A stretch of 62,992 bases of DNA, counting the filler, from Chthonomonadaceae bacterium (GTDB lineage: Bacteria; Armatimonadota; Chthonomonadetes; Chthonomonadales; Chthonomonadaceae), in NCBI GenBank assembly GCA_035650735.1. It is 4 parts of 4 records of this genome, joined end to end, with 100 filler letters (N's around TTAATTAATTAA, not from the genome) between each part and the next. Parts side by side here need not be neighbours in the genome. Positions count along the whole stretch, not along the records: positions 1 to 18,420 come from DASRGZ010000109.1; 3 more parts are not named here. One strand, 5' to 3'. Under the pieces are notes generated by a model. The model searched no databases. It had not been told where the DNA came from and worked only from the letters and a program-made list of their open reading frames with translations. Both the position numbers and the translations under genes were made by a program. Below, one piece after another: positions 1 through 8,110 of this stretch. Within the stretch, counting starts at the first letter, position 1. The number at the start of each line of letters is the position of its first letter.

Positions 1-1
1 T

Positions 2-385
2 CTCCAACCCGACAGCCGCCGTCACGTCAGTAAAATGGCCCTTGCCGTCGCCTTTGTAGAGGGCAAGCTTGGGTCCGACCAGCAGAATATCGAGGAAGCC
101 GTCGTTATCATAATCCAGGAAGGCGCAGCCGTTGCCGATAGATTGCAAGATATTGAGAGGACGCTTGCCCGCAATCTGCCAACGGTAGTGAAGGCCGGCA
201 GACTCGGCCACGTCTACGAAGATCGGCGGGCCGGCCTGTTGTGGGGCGGGCGTAGCGGCGTGCGCAGGGACGTCCCGGGCAAGTGCGACGATGCGAGAAT
301 CGGTTGTTCTACAACCAACCAGGCTGACTAGGGGCAGAGCGATGGCGAACAGCGCGAATGCCTTGTGGGGTAAAGAGAGCTTCAT
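2..385 (-). CDS. CRTAC1/FG-GAP repeat lipoprotein, N-terminal part (runs off window edge)
   Basis: Manual translation (absent from ORF track): MKLSLPHKAFALFAIALPLVSLVGC (lipobox-like LVGC) ... GCAFLDYDNDGFLDILLV ... GHFTDVTAAVGL, typical FG-GAP motifs. Confidence 0.85.
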   Translation of the reverse strand, partial: MKLSLPHKAFALFAIALPLVSLVGCRTTDSRIVALARDVPAHAATPAPQQAGPPIFVDVAESAGLHYRWQIAGKRPLNILQSIGNGCAFLDYDNDGFLDILLVGPKLALYKGDGKGHFTDVTAAVGLE

Positions 386-439
386 TACAGAGCATTATAA
401 CATATCGGAGGCGGGAAAGGGAGGGGAGAGACCTCGCCC

Positions 440-712
440 CCGGCCCCCACTGCTAGGGTCGGGGCTGCAATGGTTCGCCCCTCCGCCTTGCGATCCTCAA
501 TTCTAGGGGAGGGGAGAGCAGAAGCCAACAAGGTCTCTGCCCACGTAGGTGTGGCGAGGCAGAGGGCTGTCGCAAGGTGTCGCAAGGCGGAGGCAAGGGC
601 CGTAACCCTGCCGACCCTGGCAGTCCATTGCAGGCCCGACCCTGGCAGTGGCGCGAGCGAGCGCAGCGCCGACCCTTGCAGCGCCCCACAGCGGCAGGGT
701 TTAGCCTGCCGC
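440..712. repeat. Composite intergenic repeat, family A
   Basis: Reiterated CCGACCCT(G/T)GCAG units in both orientations, GTCGCAAGGTGTCGCAAGGCGGAGGC, and hairpin GCGGCAGGGTTTAGCCTGCCGC; 540-616 is near-identical to 53513-53590. Confidence 0.85.
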
Positions 713-759
713 AAGGAGGTTAGGTCAGAAGCCCGCCTTTAGCCGCCCGAAACGAAGTC

Positions 760-3700
760 TTACTTCTCCAGCGTGATCGCGGCGATCTTGATCTCCGGAG
801 CGTTGGGCAACTGGAGGGCGATGAGCTTGCGCGGCTCCCGGATGCGGATCACGTAATGATAGAGCGCGACCGCGCCGGGCTGGAGGCCGTTGCGCGTCTG
901 ATGGCGGCGGGCCAGGAAGGCTATCGGCTCGCCGCGCTCCGGCGGGCGATCCCAGCGGCTGGCCGGAAGCACATACATATCCTCCGACTGGCTGGTCGGC
1001 TCCTGGAAGATCAGCTTCAGATCGGCAAAGAGGTCCTTGCCGGTGCTGGCCGCAACGATATGCAACAGGCGGCACTGTTCGCCAGACTTGCCGATCTGTA
1101 TCTTCTGGCCCTGGCAGGCGATAAAGTTTTTGGCCTTCTCGCCCTTGGGGCCCCATTGGAAACTGATACGCCGCTCCGACTCCGGCCCGCCCTTGCCTGG
1201 CAGCCAGATACCTGAGGGCACGGTGGCCGTATTGGCAAACGGAGGCATCGGCAGGGAGGGGAAGGCGTTGCCCTGACCGTCGAAGTTGCCGCCGGACAGG
1301 TCCTCCGCGTCCGTGATGCCGTCCAGATTATAGGCTTTGGTCAGGTCGGCGAAGGTAAGGCGTCCCTGGATGACCTGCACCTGATGCACGGTCTGATCAA
1401 AGGGGTGCGCGCTGGCCGTCGTAGAAGCCCAGGTATCCCCGACCTTGACATCCCAGACCAGCCAGTAGGTGCCGTCGTAGGGCGGCGGCGTGATCCAGGC
1501 GAGCATGTCCGTGACCTTGCCACCCGGCGGCACGTCCTGGGGCAGCGCGGTCGTCTCGTCGTCGAACACGTACTCCGTGCCGTCCAGATAGTACCAGTGA
1601 TATCCGACGCGCACGCTGTCCCGCTTCCAGGTTTGCGGGCCGACGTTTTGCAGGCTCAGGCGCACGGGCAGGCGGCGTTCGGCAGGCAGGGACGGCAGCG
1701 TTCCATCCGCCGTAAAGCGCACGCCAAAATCAAAATCCACCACGCCGAGAGGTGTGGGCGCGATGCTGACGCCCCTGGCGCTAGTGTCGGCCTCGGCGAC
1801 CGGGCGCAGAGAGGCGGTGCGCGGCGCGTCGGCGGCGACCTCCCACCGCGCAATATACATCCAGGGATCGGCCTGGCTCCAGACCGGCAGCGGCTTGCCC
1901 TGCGGGTCCACCAGCGCCAGCAGCAGGCGCACCGTCGCTGTCTGGCCGGGCGGCACATCCTCGGTCAACTCGGCGGTGGCGTCGGCGGTGGCGACGAGCG
2001 TCGGCGTCGGCGCGCTGCCGGAGGCGCTGCCCGTCAGCGCGGCGCGGTAGAGGCGCAGGGTGACCCGAGTACCGTCGGCCTTGCGCCAGGGCTGCGCCCC
2101 GTCGTTGCGGAGGGTCGCCTGCACTGGATAGACCCCGCCCGACTCCAGCGTGGTCGGTAGATCGGTGCTGAGGAGCGTCGCGGCCCAGGCCGAAACGCCG
2201 CCATCCGCCGCCGAGCGCACTTTCACGGGAACCTCCAGGCTCAGGCTGCCCGGCAGGTCGCCTATCCAGGCGTCCGCAGAGCCCTTTTTGGACGCCTCGA
2301 CCGCGCTGATCTCCAGCGTGTAATCGCCCGTCGGCAGCGCCGCGCCGTTCGCCCCGGCAGCCCTGATCGGAACCGTAAGGTTGACATCCTGCCCGGCGAG
2401 GACGGGATCGGACAGGGCCGTCAGCGCGCCGGTGGCGAGCACCTGATCGCCGCGCCGCCAGCGATAGGCGAAGGCGACCGGCAGCTGGTCTGAGCCGACC
2501 GGCCCCCAGCCCTCGGTGCCCGTGTTTTGCACGCGGACCGTCACCGCAACCGTGCTGCCGGAGAGCATCGTTGAGGGCGCATCGTGCCAGAGGAACTTCT
2601 GGCTGCGTGGGGCCGAGCCGGCAAACATGCGCGTGAAGACCCGCGTGAGATCGGCGTAGCTGAAGCCTGTCTCCAGCGTCGGGGCCAATTCGGTGCCGTC
2701 GGCGTAGTCGTTCCAGCTATCGAGCAGCACCCAATCGGGCTTTTTGCTGAGGGCGGCCAGCCACTCACGGCGGTAGGTCTCGCCGTCGCGGCGGGAACGC
2801 GCGACGGGCTTCTGGGCGCCCTCGTCGGACAGGAGGGGATCGTAGCCCGGCGAGACGCTGGCGGTCTTGATCCAGCCGTCGCCGTTGAACTGCCCGCCTT
2901 TTTCTCTGGCCGGAACGAAGTAGCCGTCCAGCTGCGCTTTCGGCTGGAATCCGCTTTCCCCCAGGATCAGGAGGTCAGCCCCGTCGAAGTCGGCGGCGAA
3001 GCGGCGGCGCACGGCCTCCACAAATGTGGAATCGAAATCCTTGAAGGCGCCGGCATCGGAGAGGAACACTACATAGGCCGTTCGCCCACCGTTTGTCGCC
3101 GTGAGCGGCACGACGTAGCGGAAGGGAGCGGGAATGGCGCGATAGAAGTCGCGGATCATTCCGTAGAGCGCCGCCTGCGCCCCCGGATCGCGCAGATCGG
3201 GCCGGTCGCCTAGCGCCTCGATCAGCGCGCTGGTATCCAGGTAGAGCGCCACCTGCGGGTAGTCCTGGCCGGACTGGCGCAGGGAGTTGAGGGCTTCGGC
3301 CAGCACCATCAGCCCTTTGCCGGCGTAAAGCTGGCGGTCGCGCGCCGTGCCGCGATAGACAGGCAGGACCACATCAATGCCGGCCCGGCGCATCTCCTGA
3401 AGCTGACGGCGGTGCCAGTCGGCGCGGTCGTAGCTCAGCCAGGGGCCGACCCCCTCAAGCGGATGGTGGATCAGCGCGCTGCTGCCGTCGGGCCGCAGGA
3501 CGTTCTGGGCGGGAGCGGCTTTGCGCGTGTCCGCCTGGTACCAGTAGACGTAGCGGGCCAGCACGAGGGGCGCAAGACGCTGCGCCCGATGCGCCGCAAG
3601 GGAGGGCAGTGACGCCTCTGGCTCCGATAGCGGCACCGCCGGGCGGGGCGGGCGCGGCGTGAACTCCGGGCGGACGCGTGCGGCTAGTGTGTTGGACAGA

Positions 3701-4596
3701 GGCGAGCCGGCGGTCCGATTGCTGATGCGCTCCCCGAACTCAAAGGCCGTGATGTGGTTCCACTCGCCGCCGCTCAGCTCGCCATCAATGACGGGCTTGT
3801 TGGCAAGGACGCGCGCGCAGATGATAGCTCCGGAGGGGGCCACGTTGGGCGAGTTGCTGAAGAGGATCTCGGTCCACAGGGAGGGATTGTCGAGATCCGA
3901 GCCGCCCTTGACCCTGGGCGACAGGCTCTGTAGCGGCGGACTGCCCGGCACAGTGCTTTGCGCGGCGACGTTGAAGCCCATCTTCGCGCCAGGCTCCGGC
4001 TTGCCTCCCAGATCCACCCAGGGAATGGCGACCTCCAGGGTATAGCCGGGCATGGTCAGGCCCCCGGCCAGCGTCGCGCCCTGCGGGTTCACCTTGAACT
4101 TGAGCAGGCTCGCTAAGAGCGCCGTGCGCTTGGCCTCCTGCGCAACGGTATCTTTCTCGTTGGTGTTGATGTCTTCCAGGCGCTGCTGGAGGTCTTTGAG
4201 GCCCCGGAAGAGCGGCTTTTTGTCCGGGCCGGAATAGAGCTGGGCGCCGCCCGCCGCGCTAAGCGCCACGGTGAAGGTATGCGCGTTGCGCTGGGTCGCC
4301 TGGCGGTTGTCGTCTGTCTGGAGGGAGATGATCGCGGCATCGTCCTCCAGGGGATTAGAGAAAGGCTCGCTGTTTTTGCCGTTGAGGGTCGGCTTGTTGA
4401 TCTGGAGAGCGATATAGAGGTAATCGTCGTCCCATGCCGTGAAGCCGAGGATACGGTTGGTGGCATCGGAGGAGCTAGGCGCTGCCGAAGCGGGCGCGTT
4501 GGTCGGAGGGGGAAGGGATTGCGATTGCGTCGGGGTGAGGCCCCCCGGGCGTAGCAGCAGCATCGCCGTTACGAATAGCAGGGCAAGCTTGCCCAT
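760..4596 (-). CDS. Large secreted multidomain protein (CBM9/DOMON-like + glycoside-hydrolase-like barrel + Ig-like domains)
   Basis: Start moved to ATG 4596 (AAGGAG RBS, signal peptide MGKLALLFVTAMLLL). WDDDYLYIAL and GYTLEVAIPW are CBM9-like; YVYWY, EMRRAGIDVV and LDSWNDYADGTELAP are GH99/GH71/DUF5010-like; repeated V.N.G...W Ig-like modules. Confidence 0.7.
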   Translation of the reverse strand: MGKLALLFVTAMLLLRPGGLTPTQSQSLPPPTNAPASAAPSSSDATNRILGFTAWDDDYLYIALQINKPTLNGKNSEPFSNPLEDDAAIISLQTDDNRQATQRNAHTFTVALSAAGGAQLYSGPDKKPLFRGLKDLQQRLEDINTNEKDTVAQEAKRTALLASLLKFKVNPQGATLAGGLTMPGYTLEVAIPWVDLGGKPEPGAKMGFNVAAQSTVPGSPPLQSLSPRVKGGSDLDNPSLWTEILFSNSPNVAPSGAIICARVLANKPVIDGELSGGEWNHITAFEFGERISNRTAGSPLSNTLAARVRPEFTPRPPRPAVPLSEPEASLPSLAAHRAQRLAPLVLARYVYWYQADTRKAAPAQNVLRPDGSSALIHHPLEGVGPWLSYDRADWHRRQLQEMRRAGIDVVLPVYRGTARDRQLYAGKGLMVLAEALNSLRQSGQDYPQVALYLDTSALIEALGDRPDLRDPGAQAALYGMIRDFYRAIPAPFRYVVPLTATNGGRTAYVVFLSDAGAFKDFDSTFVEAVRRRFAADFDGADLLILGESGFQPKAQLDGYFVPAREKGGQFNGDGWIKTASVSPGYDPLLSDEGAQKPVARSRRDGETYRREWLAALSKKPDWVLLDSWNDYADGTELAPTLETGFSYADLTRVFTRMFAGSAPRSQKFLWHDAPSTMLSGSTVAVTVRVQNTGTEGWGPVGSDQLPVAFAYRWRRGDQVLATGALTALSDPVLAGQDVNLTVPIRAAGANGAALPTGDYTLEISAVEASKKGSADAWIGDLPGSLSLEVPVKVRSAADGGVSAWAATLLSTDLPTTLESGGVYPVQATLRNDGAQPWRKADGTRVTLRLYRAALTGSASGSAPTPTLVATADATAELTEDVPPGQTATVRLLLALVDPQGKPLPVWSQADPWMYIARWEVAADAPRTASLRPVAEADTSARGVSIAPTPLGVVDFDFGVRFTADGTLPSLPAERRLPVRLSLQNVGPQTWKRDSVRVGYHWYYLDGTEYVFDDETTALPQDVPPGGKVTDMLAWITPPPYDGTYWLVWDVKVGDTWASTTASAHPFDQTVHQVQVIQGRLTFADLTKAYNLDGITDAEDLSGGNFDGQGNAFPSLPMPPFANTATVPSGIWLPGKGGPESERRISFQWGPKGEKAKNFIACQGQKIQIGKSGEQCRLLHIVAASTGKDLFADLKLIFQEPTSQSEDMYVLPASRWDRPPERGEPIAFLARRHQTRNGLQPGAVALYHYVIRIREPRKLIALQLPNAPEIKIAAITLEK

Positions 4597-4747
4597 CACA
4601 CTCTCCTTTGCTCGCAAAACATAGAACAAGAAAATGCAGGGCGGCGGGGATTGCCGATGACCCAAACTGCGCGATAGTAGCATACATTCGGAGTCAGTGT
4701 CAAGGGCAGGAAGCGGAGGCGGGAGGGATGCGCAGACCACACCCAGC

Positions 4748-4790
4748 AAAAAAACGGCCCCGGTTCCGCTTGCAGGGGAACCGGGGCGTT
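4748..4790 (-). terminator. Intrinsic terminator of PEP-CTERM gene
   Basis: Minus strand CCCCGGTTCC/GGAACCGGGG stem followed by a T7 tract. Confidence 0.8.
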
Positions 4791-4817
4791 GGTGGCTATA
4801 CGTCTGGCGAGCGTGGT

Positions 4818-6083
4818 TTACGCCTGCTTTTTGCGGCGGCGCAGCAGCAGGCTGCCGCTGACCAGACCGCCCAGGAAGAGGGAGACGGTGCCGGGCTCAG
4901 GAACGGCGACCTGGGAGGGAGTGAACTGATCGAAGAAGTAGTAGAACGTGAATGTGCTAGTCCCACCTGCCGGAACATCGATCAGCGGGGAGTAAAGCAC
5001 CAGGCCGGTCTCGGCAGCTTGCGAGGAGAAGGCTACCTGATTGCGGAAATCCGTGCCCTGGAAGTCGGTGCCGAAGTCGGTGGTCGAATTGACGACGTTG
5101 CCGGCAGTATCCACAAAATCTGCGCCGTTGTCGCCGGTGTGCAGCATGACATAGTTAAAATTGGGGGCCGTGCCGGGCTCAAGGGGGTTTGGACTGAACG
5201 GATCTAACAGATCGACGTTGGTATCCAGATTGCCGCGATTGAGCAGATCGCCCTCCAGGAACTCGTTGGGCGTAGCGACCAGGGCCGTGCCGTGCGTATT
5301 GGGGTCGGTGGGAAAGACGCCGATGCCCAGGTTCAAATTGGCGTTGGTGGCGTTGATCAGGAAGGCGCCCGGGAACAGATCCCGCAGATAGGACTGCGTG
5401 GTAATGTTGCTTCCCTGCGGCAGGCCCGGGTTGGGATTGACCACGCGTGCATAGCGCAGGTTGGTGATAGCGCTAGTGCCGGCGGTATTATCGAAGGTGA
5501 CGGTGAACTTGGCTCGGTTCAAGTTGTTATTGGTATTGAAGGTGACGCTCTGCCGCAGGACCAGGCCCGGAACGCCGGTGGTCAGCGCGGAGTTTGCCGT
5601 CAACTGGCTATTGATCGCGCCGGTGGTGGTGAAGGCTCCGGGGACGGGGGTGAATCCGGTATAGGGCATCCAACTGCCGTCGCCGATACGAATGGCATAG
5701 CCTTCCGCGTTGCTGGAGAAGCCGGTGATATATTCGCGTTTGGCCCCAACCGAGTCGCCGACGGTGCCAGCGCCGGCGCCTATCGTGGAGGTACTGCTAA
5801 AGAGTGCGCCATAGGTGCCGCTGGTTACAGACCCGTCATTGGCAACGCCGGTCGGATGTCCGGTGGAATCCAGCGGGCCGGCGGGCTTGGCCAGGCCCTG
5901 ACGAGGAGCGCCCAGATCGCCGCGCTCATTCAGGTAGAGGGCCAGAAATTCGCCGTTTAACAGGCCATAGGCCTCTGTCGGCCCTGTGAACGTAAGGCCC
6001 TGCGCCTGCGCGCCGGTGGAGAGTAGCAGCCCGGCAAGCGATAGGGCTGCCAGACTGAGCAAGCCTTTCAGGCGAGATTTCAT
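4818..6083 (-). CDS. PEP-CTERM sorting domain surface protein
   Basis: Signal peptide; C-terminal VPEPGTVSLFLGGLVSGSLLLRRRKK; AAGGAG RBS. Confidence 0.92.
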   Translation of the reverse strand: MKSRLKGLLSLAALSLAGLLLSTGAQAQGLTFTGPTEAYGLLNGEFLALYLNERGDLGAPRQGLAKPAGPLDSTGHPTGVANDGSVTSGTYGALFSSTSTIGAGAGTVGDSVGAKREYITGFSSNAEGYAIRIGDGSWMPYTGFTPVPGAFTTTGAINSQLTANSALTTGVPGLVLRQSVTFNTNNNLNRAKFTVTFDNTAGTSAITNLRYARVVNPNPGLPQGSNITTQSYLRDLFPGAFLINATNANLNLGIGVFPTDPNTHGTALVATPNEFLEGDLLNRGNLDTNVDLLDPFSPNPLEPGTAPNFNYVMLHTGDNGADFVDTAGNVVNSTTDFGTDFQGTDFRNQVAFSSQAAETGLVLYSPLIDVPAGGTSTFTFYYFFDQFTPSQVAVPEPGTVSLFLGGLVSGSLLLRRRKKQA

Positions 6084-6169
6084 TGTGTTTCGATCTCCTT
6101 TCCAATTTCCAGCGGCGTCACCGCGCCGGGGTCAAGGGGTCGTGCTTGGAGATGACATCAACTACCATA

Positions 6170-6463
6170 CGATTTACCCCATGCGGGCAGAGAATAGTCG
6201 GGTTCCAGGTTTCTTTAGGGTTCTAAGGGTGCTAGTTCCCCCCGCGCGTGGGGGAATAGGCTCACGGACAGGCCAGGGGGAGCCAGGCATCGCTAGTTCC
6301 CCCCGCGCGTGGGGGAATAGCATGCGCCCCTCCACATCTTTCACGAGCGCAAACTAGTTCCCCCCGCGCGTGGGGGAATAGCTTAGAACCTTAGAACCCT
6401 AAAGAAACCTTAAGCACCCTCTAGAACCCTAACCACGGTTCACCCCGCACATGCGGGGAATAG
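6170..6463 (-). CRISPR. Orphan type I-E-like mini CRISPR array: 3 identical repeats plus 2 divergent outer repeats
   Basis: Identical 28-nt CTAGTTCCCCCCGCGCGTGGGGGAATAG at 6232-6259, 6293-6320, 6354-6381 with two 33-nt spacers (61-nt period); variant CGGTTCACCCCGCACATGCGGGGAATAG at 6436-6463; degenerate copy at 6170-6197. Minus-strand form (..TTCCCC..GGGG..AACCG) matches I-E orientation. Confidence 0.88.
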
Positions 6464-6711
6464 GTCGGCAAGATACAGCCCCAATAACAGCAAAAGACAT
6501 AGGACCGAATAGCGTGCGGCTGCGCCGCCCCAGGGCCGAGCCGTCGAGCGGCTGCGTTGGGAGGCGCGAGAGCCTTACGCCGCCGTCGCGGCGGAATGTG
6601 ACTGCCAAACCTGGGTTTGCATTAATTGTGCCAAAGGGCCATATGCGCCGAAAAACCTGGTATTATTTTGGGAAATTAAGCTGGAAAGAGAAGTCGGTTC
6701 AGGAAAGACCT

Positions 6712-6787
6712 AAACACGGATAGGACGGATGCAACGGATAAGGGTCTGGAATCCGTATTATCCGTTGCATCCGTCCTATCCGTGTTT
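6712..6787. repeat. Perfect 30-bp inverted repeat with internal 9-nt periodicity
   Basis: AAACACGGATAGGACGGATGCAACGGATAA (6712-6741) and its exact reverse complement (6758-6787), 16-nt loop. Confidence 0.95.
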
Positions 6788-6819
6788 CTCTAGCGATGGT
6801 GGGGAATAGAAGAGCGTGC

Positions 6820-7551
6820 TTATTGGGGTGCCGTTTTGGGGGCTGAGGCGGCGCCGATCTGCTGGCTGCTGCCGTCGGCGGGAGCGGCCTCTCCCTCGAC
6901 AACGGCGAAGGAGTCGCGCCACTCTTTAGCGCGCAGGGCACGCAGGTGCGCCGCTTCTCGCTCCCGCTGAATATCCTCGTCGCTGGGGGCGGTTTCCTCG
7001 AAGCTCTCGGCCTCCTCGGCGATGATCCGATGCGCGAAGAGACAGCCAAACAGCGCGATAATGCCGGTTGCGCATAGCATCACCGATTGCCAGGAGCTAT
7101 GCCAGGCAAAGTTGATGAAGCCGATACCGCTGAAGTAGAGCGCCGCCGCCCCGAAGTAGCAGCGCCGCGCCCAGACGGTGCCGGGCTGGACGGTCTCGGC
7201 GATGGCGGCCAACGCGGCCAGGCCGGCCACCAGGATCAGCGCCGCCGGGCCGATCTCTTCGATTGGCTCATAGGCCAGCAGGGGGGGAAGGGGCTGGGCG
7301 TGAAGGCTATCCCGGAAGGCCAGGAACGTCACGCCGAAGCAGAGCGTGACCATCAGCAACTGCCGCAAGCGCGGATGCAGCAGCGCCGTCAACAGCAGCA
7401 GAACCGCCAACGGCAGTACGGACTCGCGCCCTTTCATCCAGGCGGTAATGGCCGGTTCCAGCAGAACAATCAGGAATGCCGCCAGGGCAGGTCCCACCCC
7501 ACTTAAGATCGGTATGTAGCGCCGCAATGCGTCATTTCTCCCTGCCGCCAT
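6820..7551 (-). CDS. Hypothetical integral membrane protein
   Basis: About six hydrophobic segments followed by a charged C-terminal tail. Confidence 0.75.
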   Translation of the reverse strand: MAAGRNDALRRYIPILSGVGPALAAFLIVLLEPAITAWMKGRESVLPLAVLLLLTALLHPRLRQLLMVTLCFGVTFLAFRDSLHAQPLPPLLAYEPIEEIGPAALILVAGLAALAAIAETVQPGTVWARRCYFGAAALYFSGIGFINFAWHSSWQSVMLCATGIIALFGCLFAHRIIAEEAESFEETAPSDEDIQREREAAHLRALRAKEWRDSFAVVEGEAAPADGSSQQIGAASAPKTAPQ

Positions 7552-7740
7552 CCCTCGAAAAGCGGCTGCGTGGGGCGCCGTCGCCCTCTTTCCTCTGCCG
7601 ATACCAGGCTCGCGGGCGATGCTATCGCACCCAGTACCAGTATATCAGGCTTCCCAAAGAGTGTCAAGCAAAGCAAGCAAAGCCACCGACTCGACAAGGA
7701 GGAACAGGTTCAAGCAAAGCCGTTAGGAGCGGGAAACGGA

Positions 7741-7808
7741 GAAGCCGGGTCCCCCCCTTCCCTGTGAGCCTAGCGAACGTATTAGGGAAGGGGGACGGGG
7801 GGTTAGGT
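7741..7808. repeat. REP-like palindromic repeat, family B
   Basis: Near-identical inverted copy at 55671-55738 (AGCCGGGTCCCCCC..CCCTGTGAGC..AGCGAACG..AGGGAAGGGGG.CGGGGGGTTAGGT). Confidence 0.85.
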
Positions 7809-8110
7809 CAAGAAGGACGGCCTTGACGGACGACAACAATTCGGAACAGGAACCCGACCTGGAGTGTCGAACTTATAATCGGGCACGGCAGTCGGGACTC
7901 TGGCGCGGGCTGTTGCAGGGCAGAGGTACACCCCCGCGCCAAAATGGCTGCCTTCGGCTATAGGCTGAACCGGCAAAACTGCCGATAAGAAGGCTACGGC
8001 CTTGCCTGGCGGGTGCAGCCGTCGGTTCCGGCCTGGCACGAGAGGGTGCGCTTGCCGCGTGCCCGATACTGCATTTACGTTCGGATTTGCCCCTGGGAGG
8101 AAACCAGTTT

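Noticed and set aside
6260..6353. Self-targeting by the two ordinary 33-nt spacers
   Set aside because: No match was found by eye within the window; a genome-wide search is needed.
6382..6435. Telomere-like CCCTAA/TTAGGG repeats
   Set aside because: Units are irregular 8-11-mers, not a hexamer array, and no reverse transcriptase is nearby.
6485..6512. Further CRISPR repeat ending in GAATAG
   Set aside because: Only the last six bases match; no palindromic core and wrong spacing.
7820..8067. 6S RNA or a known riboswitch
   Set aside because: The size fits 6S, but the predicted fold is multibranched rather than a rod with a central bubble, and no known aptamer consensus was recognised. Kept only as an unknown candidate.
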